From a virus (lineage: Duplodnaviria; Heunggongvirae; Uroviricota; Caudoviricetes): a stretch of 64,000 nt of DNA. The stretch is taken from IMG/VR virus record IMGVR_UViG_3300017788_000010. One strand, 5' to 3'. Below the pieces are notes generated by a model that ran no database searches, was not told the DNA's origin, and worked only from the letters and a program-made list of their open reading frames with translations. This document shows, in pieces, positions 55,071 to 62,631 of the stretch. The translations under genes and the position numbers were made by a program. The stretch's first letter is position 1. Each line of letters starts with the position of its first letter.

Positions 55071-55140
55071 GGGGGTATTTTAGGCCAAAAAGGGCTATTT
55101 TAGGCCAAAAAAGGGCTATTTTACGCAAAAATAGGCCTAT
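55071..55140 (+). repeat. Three and a half tandem copies of a 21-nt unit GGGCTATTTTAGGCCAAAAAA
   Basis: Seen directly: gggggtattttaggccaaaaa / gggctattttaggccaaaaaa / gggctattttacgcaaaaata / ggcctattt. Immediately upstream of motif copy 5. Confidence 0.6.
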
Positions 55141-55156
55141 TTGTGGCATAAGCTAT
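55141..55156 (+). promoter_or_regulatory. Conserved promoter-like motif TTGTGGCATAAGCTAT (copy 5), candidate promoter of the RT/Ubl operon
   Basis: Motif copy, 58 nt upstream of the 55215 ORF and about 430 nt upstream of the reverse transcriptase. Confidence 0.45.
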
Positions 55157-55214
55157 ATGAAGCAAGGGTATGTCGCCCAAGCCTCAAAAACCCCCTAAAT
55201 AGGAAAATCTCCGA

Positions 55215-55493
55215 ATGGAAACCACCCTCATCACTGCCAGCTCGAAGACCCCGTGGACGCTCGTCGCCTTGGCCGCTGTGGGTGCCTTGACGGGTACCAC
55301 GGCGTGCGTCTTGGGATACCGCCAGGGCAAGAGACTCACACGAGCCGAGGAGCGGCTCGACACGCAAGGTCAGGCCATGGAAGAGGTCCGCGCCCTCACG
55401 AGCGCGGTGAACACGCTCGTGAACAACAAGCCGGGCCGGAGCGCCGCGAAGCGCAAGCCGAGCGCCAAAGCGCGCAAGTCGACCTCGGCCTGA
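55215..55493 (+). CDS. Small single-TM membrane protein with basic C-terminal tail (92 aa), GC-rich
   Basis: TM segment PWTLVALAAVGALTGTTACVLGY and basic tail KPGRSAAKRKPSAKARKSTSA. The segment is about 66% GC, so a non-coding structured RNA cannot be excluded. Confidence 0.4.
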   Translation: METTLITASSKTPWTLVALAAVGALTGTTACVLGYRQGKRLTRAEERLDTQGQAMEEVRALTSAVNTLVNNKPGRSAAKRKPSAKARKSTSA

Positions 55494-55501
55494 TGAAACG
55501 C

Positions 55502-55544
55502 AAAGACGCACGCCATAGTGGCGTGTGTCTTTGTTTTTGTTTTA
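55502..55544 (+). terminator. Rho-independent terminator or attenuator hairpin upstream of the RT gene
   Basis: CAAAGACGCACGCC-atagt-GGCGTGTGTCTTTG (14-bp stem, one G-U) followed by TTTTTGTTTT. Confidence 0.6.
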
Positions 55545-55582
55545 ATGCTACTTGACTTACTTCTGATATTAGGCCAGTAAAC

Positions 55583-56569
55583 ATGACACTAACACTGGAT
55601 ACTGAAGAGATAACTAGTGCGCACTATAAAACCATAGTTATCCCCAAAATCCGTCTTATCGACGGAGAAGAGCGTCGTGTAGGGCAGCGCATAATACACG
55701 AGCCGTGTGAGGAACTCAAGGCCCTGCAGAAAGAAATACTGCGGGAGATCGAGGAGTGCCGGTCTGCTTTTACAAGCAACGTGTCGCATGCTTTTACAAA
55801 AAATAGAAGCATAGTCACGATGGCTGCCCCACATGTAGGGAGCAGGTATCTAGTAAAAGTGGACATAAAGGACTACTTTCCTTCTATAGATAAACAAAAG
55901 GCGCGGGTAGCCTTATTAAACGCAGGCTACCCGACAGCCTTGATAAGAAAAATTCTGAAGTACTGCTTCCTTAATGATGTGCTTCCTCAGGGAGCGCCGA
56001 CCTCACCAGCCATAGCCAACGTAGTTGGTAGGATCATAGACAAGCGTATGCTCGGTCTAACCAAAAAATGGCGGTTACATGCCCGACCTGTTAGACGGGG
56101 AAGACGGAGTACAGCTGTCACAGATACATTAAAAAACATGAGCAGAATAGAGCCTATCGTATACACACGATACGCGGATGATCTAGTTTTTACATCAGAC
56201 TATCCCTTGCTACATCACATACGCTATCCAGTAACATACATATTGCAGCAATGCGGGTTTACGGCTCATCCAGACAAGGTTGTGACAGCGTCTTCGCCTA
56301 GACGGCTGGTCGTTTGTGGAGTGACCATAAACAGCAAGCTATCTAAGCCTAGGCCCTATAGACGACGGCTGCGTGCTATGGTCCATAGGATGTGGGTAGA
56401 GACTGTGACGGGGTCATCGAGATCCGGAACCATAATCGACGCCGTTACAAATGAGCCGGTAACAATAGAACAATTGTGGGGGCAGGTAGCCCATGTTTAT
56501 CAAATAAACCCGACTCAAGCCATCCCCTTAGAAATAAAACTCCGTGAGATAAAAGAAGCGCTCAAATGA
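55583..56569 (+). CDS. Retron-type reverse transcriptase (328 aa)
   Basis: RT motifs: SIVTMAAPHVGSRYLVKVDIKDYFPSI (motifs 1-2), LPQGAPTSPAIAN (motif B'), YTRYADDLVF (motif C, YADD), and the retron-like RLVVCGVTIN segment. Confidence 0.85.
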   Translation: MTLTLDTEEITSAHYKTIVIPKIRLIDGEERRVGQRIIHEPCEELKALQKEILREIEECRSAFTSNVSHAFTKNRSIVTMAAPHVGSRYLVKVDIKDYFPSIDKQKARVALLNAGYPTALIRKILKYCFLNDVLPQGAPTSPAIANVVGRIIDKRMLGLTKKWRLHARPVRRGRRSTAVTDTLKNMSRIEPIVYTRYADDLVFTSDYPLLHHIRYPVTYILQQCGFTAHPDKVVTASSPRRLVVCGVTINSKLSKPRPYRRRLRAMVHRMWVETVTGSSRSGTIIDAVTNEPVTIEQLWGQVAHVYQINPTQAIPLEIKLREIKEALK

Positions 56570-57345
56570 CAACACAGTTACCGACAGATGTCGCAAGCAG
56601 ACAAAAAAGGCTAGTCGTCATAGACGGCGACGCAACCCACGTATATAACCTACAAACTGAGAAAACAGTAAGCACGCTGGACTTTTTCTCTAAAATACAC
56701 ACAGAAAGCAGAGTAGTAAAGACCCCCATACTGCCGTTCGGCTGCATACGCTATGCTAGCACCAAGACAACACAGCAGTATGTTCTGTCTTTCCCGCCCA
56801 CTTTCATATCGGCTACATTCTTAGACGGTAAGGAAATCTACAACGTAGGCCTTCCGTTCTCAGTGATCATAATCAATGCCCGCAATCAATCAATTATTGA
56901 TAGCGTTGCGCTATATCTGTCTAAGGGGCCGATAGTATCGGAAGATACCGAAGTGTTTATGACTGCTTTACCTAATCAGTACGATAGTCAGTTGTGCTGC
57001 ATGGGTAATGGTTTCAACAGCATAGCTACAGGAAAAACACCTATCCTACAAAGGGTGAGCCAAGTATTCCCGTATATACAAAACAGCTCTTTCAACGAAG
57101 ATCTGCCGGTACCGACAGCGTACATACCTAAAGAAGTGCTTCCGGAAGCACTAGCAGCGCATCCCAAGGTAGACGAGCTGCCGGCCTACATAAAGGGCGT
57201 TGTGCGGAGGCCTCGCGACTTTGGTCCTAACAGAGTTGCGTTAGCGTGTAGAGCCGCATGGACAATCCTAAATCCCAGCCCCGACGCCGCTTTGAAGCTA
57301 GGCTATGTCTCGGCCGGTAAGCTAAGTAGGCTAATACAACAATGA
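56566..57345 (+). CDS. Hypothetical protein (259 aa), operon partner of the RT
   Basis: ATGA overlap with the RT stop. No recognised motif. Confidence 0.5.
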   Translation: MTTQLPTDVASRQKRLVVIDGDATHVYNLQTEKTVSTLDFFSKIHTESRVVKTPILPFGCIRYASTKTTQQYVLSFPPTFISATFLDGKEIYNVGLPFSVIIINARNQSIIDSVALYLSKGPIVSEDTEVFMTALPNQYDSQLCCMGNGFNSIATGKTPILQRVSQVFPYIQNSSFNEDLPVPTAYIPKEVLPEALAAHPKVDELPAYIKGVVRRPRDFGPNRVALACRAAWTILNPSPDAALKLGYVSAGKLSRLIQQ

Positions 57346-57701
57346 ATGCTGAAGTAGAGGCTAATCTAAACAGAATAAACACCCTACGAGATAAAGGCAG
57401 CAGTTTCGTAGCGGTTCCTGATCTAGTAAAGGAAGTGATTGGTGTGCTACAAACTGTATCAAATCCTCAATTCAAAGCGCACATAAGCACCTCACGTAAA
57501 GCCATACGAGAGGCTTTTCCACACATACTCAGACTATGTCCTACTATGGCCGCGTGTAAAGCCAGAGACGGCATTACTTTCCATGATCTACATTACCAGC
57601 TACAACACACCACCAATGAACGTGAGGAGATAAACAAAAGAATCTCCACCGCGATAAACCACTGTGACAACTACCCAAGCACCTCAACTACTATACGGTA
57701 A
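57342..57701 (+). CDS. Hypothetical protein (119 aa); weak candidate for a divergent E2-like component
   Basis: Coupled start/stop. Contains FPHILRLCP with a Cys, but no confident UBC signature. Confidence 0.45.
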   Translation: MNAEVEANLNRINTLRDKGSSFVAVPDLVKEVIGVLQTVSNPQFKAHISTSRKAIREAFPHILRLCPTMAACKARDGITFHDLHYQLQHTTNEREEINKRISTAINHCDNYPSTSTTIR

Positions 57702-59439
57702 GGACGGTAAGCTCTACGTCAAAAAGACCGTAGGGCCTACCGAAAACCCTCAATTCGTGACCATTCTACCGGCCAGAGAAGAAGATATACCGGAACCTAG
57801 AATAGCGGGCCCATCGCTGACGCTAGGGACAGGATTCACCAAAATATCTATGCGTACGATGCTATTCGTACACGCCTACTTTAAAGAAATCTATGATAGA
57901 TTCAAGGCCGAAGCTATCGTATTTTTCCACAAAGATCCGGGCAGCACAGAATACACAATCCTTGTTCCTGAATCATTCTCAGCGACTGCGGCTAGCTTAA
58001 CATACGAGCACGCACAGCCTAAATACTGCACCATCTGCCACGTATGCTCTACTAACGAAGACATAACCACATGCCCTAGATGTGGTACGGAAACGATGGC
58101 GCGCACGCACATCTACGGCACAGCACACAGCCATGGATCTATGAGCGCGTTCCACTCGGGAACGGACGATGAGCACGAAAAGGGACAAACCGGCTTCCAC
58201 ATAACCTTTGGTAACGTGGATAAGGGCATGTTCTCGTTGTGCCCCAGCTTTGTAACAGCATTGTTAGGGTACACCGTAAACGGTAAAGGTACGCGCCACT
58301 ACCCCGAGCTAGAGGAGCTAGTAGAGCTACCCTCCCCTTTAACACCGGCGGATCGTCAACTGATAGAAATATGGACGTCGACGATCCTGAACGAGGATAT
58401 AGCAAGAAAGCTATCAAAAGACTGCGTCGCAGTTATAGAAAAAAATACAAGCCGGGTGGTGTTTCATGGGGCGAATTCCTCCGTAGCCGAAAGGTGGGTC
58501 AGCTTCCAAGGATCGCGACGGGAGCTGGAAATATATCCTATTGCCAACCTGCTGAAAAGCAAACAAACGAGGAGCAACAGACCGTACAGGACTGGTGCGA
58601 ACACCACGCAAGCAGCAGAACAACGTCGTACAGCGGAACCTACGGGTATACCGGTTCGTACTACGGGTGGGGCTCGTACAAGAGTTACGGCTACGGGGAA
58701 GCTTCCGGTATTGATTGGAGTACCAGGTCAGAACCCCGGCGAGGTCGTGAAAAACCAGACGACGCTCCCGGTTGGTGGGGAGACAGCGACTGGCGAGCGT
58801 TCGACTAGCACCCTGCATCTACAAAGTGAACGCGTATGGGATATCGGAGAGTTCACAGTAACAGTAGATCACGACTATGACGGTACCGAGGTTAGTAGAG
58901 GGAAGAGCGACTACATCCCTTGGCCGAATATGTTGGATGATCAGCCTGCTGAATTCCGGTTCTTACAGGTGTGGGAAGTCATATTCATTGCGCAGCAGAT
59001 ATCCGCGCTTATTGGCGAAATAGTTCCTAAAAAGACCGGTGGTATCGACAGAGACGTCGACACCGCACTAAAGGATCTAGCAAACAAGCTGGACCTGTGT
59101 TTCGGTACAGGAACGGCCGCCGAGAGTATTGTATCGGAATATACCAACGGCGGTACGGATATAGAAGAGATCGTCCAAAATTCTATAAAATGTGTCATGA
59201 GAGAGATTGAAGGATCGGAGTACAATACCGAACATCCTTTATCAGTTCTCAAGTCTATTGGATCTTTGTTTTTAATAAACTTCCTAGTAGAGGATCTGCT
59301 ATTCTGGGCAGATAAACACAAGATCATAAACACCAGCATCATAGACGACATAGAAGAAGAGTGCAACAATGTTGGTAATGCTCTACTGAAGCAATACACA
59401 AAAGAGCTCGAAGACGCTGACGGAAACATACCCGAATGA
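57664..59439 (+). CDS. JAB/JAMM (MPN+) metalloprotease domain protein with inserted CxxC...CxxC zinc ribbon and large C-terminal extension (591 aa)
   Basis: JAMM motif HSHGSMSAFHSGTD (H-x-H-x7-S-x2-D) with an upstream Glu. Zinc ribbon CTICHVC...CPRC. Confidence 0.75.
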   Translation: MTTTQAPQLLYGKDGKLYVKKTVGPTENPQFVTILPAREEDIPEPRIAGPSLTLGTGFTKISMRTMLFVHAYFKEIYDRFKAEAIVFFHKDPGSTEYTILVPESFSATAASLTYEHAQPKYCTICHVCSTNEDITTCPRCGTETMARTHIYGTAHSHGSMSAFHSGTDDEHEKGQTGFHITFGNVDKGMFSLCPSFVTALLGYTVNGKGTRHYPELEELVELPSPLTPADRQLIEIWTSTILNEDIARKLSKDCVAVIEKNTSRVVFHGANSSVAERWVSFQGSRRELEIYPIANLLKSKQTRSNRPYRTGANTTQAAEQRRTAEPTGIPVRTTGGARTRVTATGKLPVLIGVPGQNPGEVVKNQTTLPVGGETATGERSTSTLHLQSERVWDIGEFTVTVDHDYDGTEVSRGKSDYIPWPNMLDDQPAEFRFLQVWEVIFIAQQISALIGEIVPKKTGGIDRDVDTALKDLANKLDLCFGTGTAAESIVSEYTNGGTDIEEIVQNSIKCVMREIEGSEYNTEHPLSVLKSIGSLFLINFLVEDLLFWADKHKIINTSIIDDIEEECNNVGNALLKQYTKELEDADGNIPE

Positions 59440-60191
59440 ACGGAGCTATAACGATTGTGGGCGCCGGCGGCACCGGCTATCATCTAGCGGAGCCGCTAGT
59501 AAGATTTGTTAACTACACAGCAGCTCTGAAGACACCGGATATCTTCATCATAGACGGTGATCGGATAGAGGAAAAGAATTATGAGCGGCAGCACGCTGCC
59601 GGATCTAGTGGAGGCATGAAAGCGGATGTTCTTGTAAACAGCCTATCTGAAAAGATAAACTACAAGGGTCGTCTCTCAGCTATCGCATCCTACGTATCTC
59701 CACAAACACAAAACAATTCTATGATAAAACAAGCACTGGGAAACGGCAGCACCGTTTTCGTGTGCGTTGACAATAATCCTTCAAGAATATTTATTGAGGA
59801 TCTACTGAATCAGCACAGTGACTTTACCCTGATATCAGGCGGCAACGATTTATCGTCTGGTCAGGTAAACATCCATATAAAAAGAAAAAACGCGTTGCTA
59901 ACCCCAGCGCCTTCAGAAATCAATCCAGAGATACTGGAGGACGACGAGGCGTTCCCTGATGAGGCTGCCTGCACAACTGCGGTTATTTCAGATCCGCAGC
60001 TGCTGTTTGCAAACTTATCGATAGCGACATCTATGCTAAATCTATGGTACAGCTCTGTGCTACAACACGAGCTACACAACCAACCTATTCCCACCGACGT
60101 TATTAACGAGGTGGTGATCAATGTTTTGACCGCGTCTGCTCATCAGTTCAAAAGAACAAGTCACAAAAAGAGAGTTAGTTCACATGTCTAA
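59436..60191 (+). CDS. E1-like ThiF/MoeB-family adenylyltransferase (251 aa)
   Basis: Rossmann IVGAGGTGYHL and the family signature IIDGDRIEEKNYERQ (D-x-D-x-V-x-x-S-N-L-x-R-Q-like), followed by VFVCVDNNPSR. Confidence 0.75.
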   Translation: MNGAITIVGAGGTGYHLAEPLVRFVNYTAALKTPDIFIIDGDRIEEKNYERQHAAGSSGGMKADVLVNSLSEKINYKGRLSAIASYVSPQTQNNSMIKQALGNGSTVFVCVDNNPSRIFIEDLLNQHSDFTLISGGNDLSSGQVNIHIKRKNALLTPAPSEINPEILEDDEAFPDEAACTTAVISDPQLLFANLSIATSMLNLWYSSVLQHELHNQPIPTDVINEVVINVLTASAHQFKRTSHKKRVSSHV

Positions 60192-60648
60192 TGTAAATCG
60201 TCCCATGTTCAGCCCGTCAAACGGCGCTCGCATCAAGTACCAGAACAGCCCCACGTACGATGCGGTGACTGGAGCGGCTATCTCGTATGGAGAAGACCGT
60301 TCCAACCCGCAGGCGTTCGATCAGGTAACGGGTCTTCCCGTAGGCACACAGGCCACCGTGAATATCACTGGGGCTGTGCCGGCTGCGGCTCCTGTTCAGG
60401 AGCCGGCGGCTGACGAAGGCGGCTTCGCGACTGTCACGAAGATAGCCGATTCGTCATACGAGACTCCTCCGGTGATCGAGGTTGCTGAGGGTCTCACTAT
60501 TCGCCAAATCCGTAACATACACGGTAACGAGCTCTCGTTGAGCCCGTCCATGATCGCTCTGGTAAACGGCGAGCAGGTCGGCGATAACGAGGCTGTAAAC
60601 GAAGGCGACAGCGTCGTGTTCAAGGAACCGGCCAAGCGGCGCGGTTGA
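60184..60648 (+). CDS. Ubiquitin-like (ThiS/MoaD beta-grasp-like) protein with disordered N-terminal region (154 aa)
   Basis: C-terminal 60 aa (VIEVAEGLTIRQIRN ... ALVNGEQVGDNEAVNEGDSVVFKEPAKRRG) fit the ThiS/MoaD pattern (VNGE ... DGDEV ... terminal G). It ends in a single Gly. Confidence 0.55.
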   Translation: MSNVNRPMFSPSNGARIKYQNSPTYDAVTGAAISYGEDRSNPQAFDQVTGLPVGTQATVNITGAVPAAAPVQEPAADEGGFATVTKIADSSYETPPVIEVAEGLTIRQIRNIHGNELSLSPSMIALVNGEQVGDNEAVNEGDSVVFKEPAKRRG

Positions 60649-60668
60649 TTCGATCTTAACCGATCAAA

Positions 60669-60741
60669 GGGCACTCATGTTCCACGGTGGCGAGGAGGCT
60701 TTGCAAGCCACCTGCGTTGGGTTCGATTCCCATAGTGTCCA
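60669..60741 (+). tRNA. Degenerate tRNA-Ala-like gene (anticodon UGC); possibly a pseudo-tRNA
   Basis: 73 nt with canonical numbering: acceptor GGGCACT/AGTGTCC (one G-U), G18G19, U33, anticodon TGC, A37, T-loop TTCGATT, 5-nt variable loop. Weak points are the D-stem (2 of 4 pairs), one A-A in the anticodon stem, and C8. No CCA encoded. Confidence 0.4.
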
Positions 60742-60867
60742 CTAAGTAAACTGGTAGTATTTCTTGGGGTAGCTCGGATCTGGGCTGCCTAGTATCAATA
60801 AACAAGAAATGAAGGCGGAGCGCCTTCTACCTATAAACAGATGGGTTCAGTTCCCATAATGTTCGCC

Positions 60868-60976
60868 ATAGTATTAATATTAATATACTACAGCCGGTGA
60901 CAGACCCCCTTCGGAAAGCTTCGCTATCCTCGGCGGCTGCCACCGGCTTCCGCATATTAATATTAATACTATATTA
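60868..60976. repeat. GC-rich hairpin element (about 68 nt) flanked by two copies of the AT palindrome (A)TATTAATATTAATA(CT)
   Basis: Flanks ATAGTATTAATATTAATATACTA and CATATTAATATTAATACTATATT. Core has inverted repeat AGCCGGTG ... CACCGGCT. Confidence 0.55.
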
Positions 60977-61144
60977 AGTTCCAGTTTACGCTCACCATAT
61001 AAACACTATGACCCAAGGATCAAAGAAAATCTGAAAAGATTTCGATGTCGCTGCGACATCATAAGAAATATCTACACACATGACAAAGGTAGATCTCCAG
61101 ACGGAGGTGTACACAAAGTCGGAATGTGTAGGGAATCACACCAG

Positions 61145-61532
61145 CTGAGAAAAATTAACTAATTAATATACAATTAATCGTATACGTTACATTTTCCCTG
61201 AAGAACAGAAAAATCGCGATTTGAAATAAATTTAGCTTAGTTTCAAGAAGAAGCGGTCGTCAATAACCTCCCCAGAAGAACTAACTTTGTAACTATTTCG
61301 ATGATGAAAAGGATCAACAGAGCTCACTCACGGCTAATAAAATAGCCTGAGCCTGCTGACCCGTTTTCCTCATACAAAAAGTTACAAAAGTTAGTTCTTC
61401 TGGTGTGTTTATTCACAACCGTTCTTCTTCAAACTCAAGCAATAAATTTAAACCAAATCAAAGAGTTTTCTGTTCTTCAGGGAAAATTGCACAATACGAT
61501 TAATTCTATATTAATTACTGTAATTTTCTCAG
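61145..61532. repeat. Large imperfect palindrome (about 390 bp; arms about 75-80% identical), candidate origin/packaging/cruciform element
   Basis: Left arm CTGAGAAAAATTAACTAATTAATATACAATTAATCGTATACGTTACATTTTCCCTGAAGAACAGAAAA ... and right arm ... TTTTCTGTTCTTCAGGGAAAATTGCACAATACGATTAATTCTATATTAATTACTGTAATTTTCTCAG are reverse complements. Inner segments (AAGAAGAAGCGGTCGTCAATAA ... / ... TTATTCACAACCGTTCTTCTT) also pair. Confidence 0.6.
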
Positions 61533-61628
61533 TCCGGTATGATTCCTTTAAAACTACACATTCCAACTTTGAATACACCTCCGCCAGGATCCCTAGGTTC
61601 GATCCTTACGTAAGAGGTAAAAAAAAAA

Positions 61629-62258
61629 ATGAAAGCCGCTCAAGTCGACCAGGTGCATCTGACTACTCCCAGAATATACGAGAGTAGCAGCGCAATGTCG
61701 CCTGATAGACGAGAACTCTATTTAAGTCATAAAAGTGGGGCGCGCACAGTATCAGAGCTAGACGAAGAAACCACCAAGTCAATTACCAAAGACGCTCGGT
61801 TTCCGCTAGACCTAGTATGTGTGCATCACGATATTGGGAAAATCGCATTTGCGTGCTATTCATCTAAGATGCTGAAAGTAGCAAAAATACAGCCAGCATC
61901 AGATAATACAGCAACCGCCATAAAAGCAATCAGACAACTAAGCACCATCACTACAGCCACAAGACTTCCTGAAGACATTCTTCAACGCCTCCCTCGTAAA
62001 ACAGGGATGCGCAAGGCGGATAATTACGATAGGATTCCGATATCGGACGAGGGCGCCGTCCTTGTATCCGAGGATTACTATCCGACTTTTTCGTCAAGTA
62101 AGAAAACGACTCAGAGTCTAAACACGGACAGATGGTATGTCTGGTTTTCGATAGTTGCGGATTTCAGTAACAATCGGACGACATTGGTGAAATGTGATTC
62201 CAAGGTATTCTTCTGTTTAACCAACGGATATACACTGTTGGGCGAACAGATAGTCTAA
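61629..62258 (+). CDS. Hypothetical protein (209 aa)
   Basis: Strong SD TAAGAGGT followed by an A10 run before the ATG. Confidence 0.65.
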   Translation: MKAAQVDQVHLTTPRIYESSSAMSPDRRELYLSHKSGARTVSELDEETTKSITKDARFPLDLVCVHHDIGKIAFACYSSKMLKVAKIQPASDNTATAIKAIRQLSTITTATRLPEDILQRLPRKTGMRKADNYDRIPISDEGAVLVSEDYYPTFSSSKKTTQSLNTDRWYVWFSIVADFSNNRTTLVKCDSKVFFCLTNGYTLLGEQIV

Positions 62259-62459
62259 AAATTCGACGTATGTGTGGGTGGAGAGATAATCTTCACCCAC
62301 ACTACTTTTTTTTTAAGTTGCGGTGAAAGCCTGGCTGTTACTAGCCGGCCTAAGCCCGTCATAATAGGTAGCGGCCGCAGGCGGCTACCATTGATCATGC
62401 CGAGCGAAGCGAGCGCTGATCAAAAATAAATCTTACTTTTCATTTGGTTAGTATCTAAT

Positions 62460-62620
62460 CAAAGTTATACTACACGCGTACGCACGCACGCACGCATTTT
62501 ATATAATATATATAGTATATAGGAACATTACTTCGTAATGTTCCCGTAAATCTCCTAACGTAGATTTACAATACACACTTTAGGTTTTTCTTTTCTTTTG
62601 TTTCTTTTCTTTTCTTTTTG
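62460..62620. repeat. Low-complexity intergenic region: (CGCA)4 microsatellite, (AT)-rich tract, perfect 10-bp hairpin GGAACATTAC-ttcg-GTAATGTTCC, and a (TTTTC)n polypyrimidine tract
   Basis: Seen directly in the sequence between 62258 and 62632. Confidence 0.6.
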
Positions 62621-62631
62621 ATCAAAACCTA

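Noticed and set aside
55180-55582. Attempt to locate a canonical retron msr/msd (a1/a2 inverted repeats, conserved branching G) upstream of the RT
   Set aside because: No flanking inverted repeat pair of 8 nt or longer with the expected geometry was found by eye; only local hairpins and a terminator. This is left as an open question in the findings rather than called as an ncRNA feature.
62469-62486. (CGCA)4 and nearby short repeats as a possible CRISPR array
   Set aside because: It is a simple tetranucleotide microsatellite with no spacers of unique sequence. No CRISPR-like repeat-spacer architecture occurs anywhere in the window.
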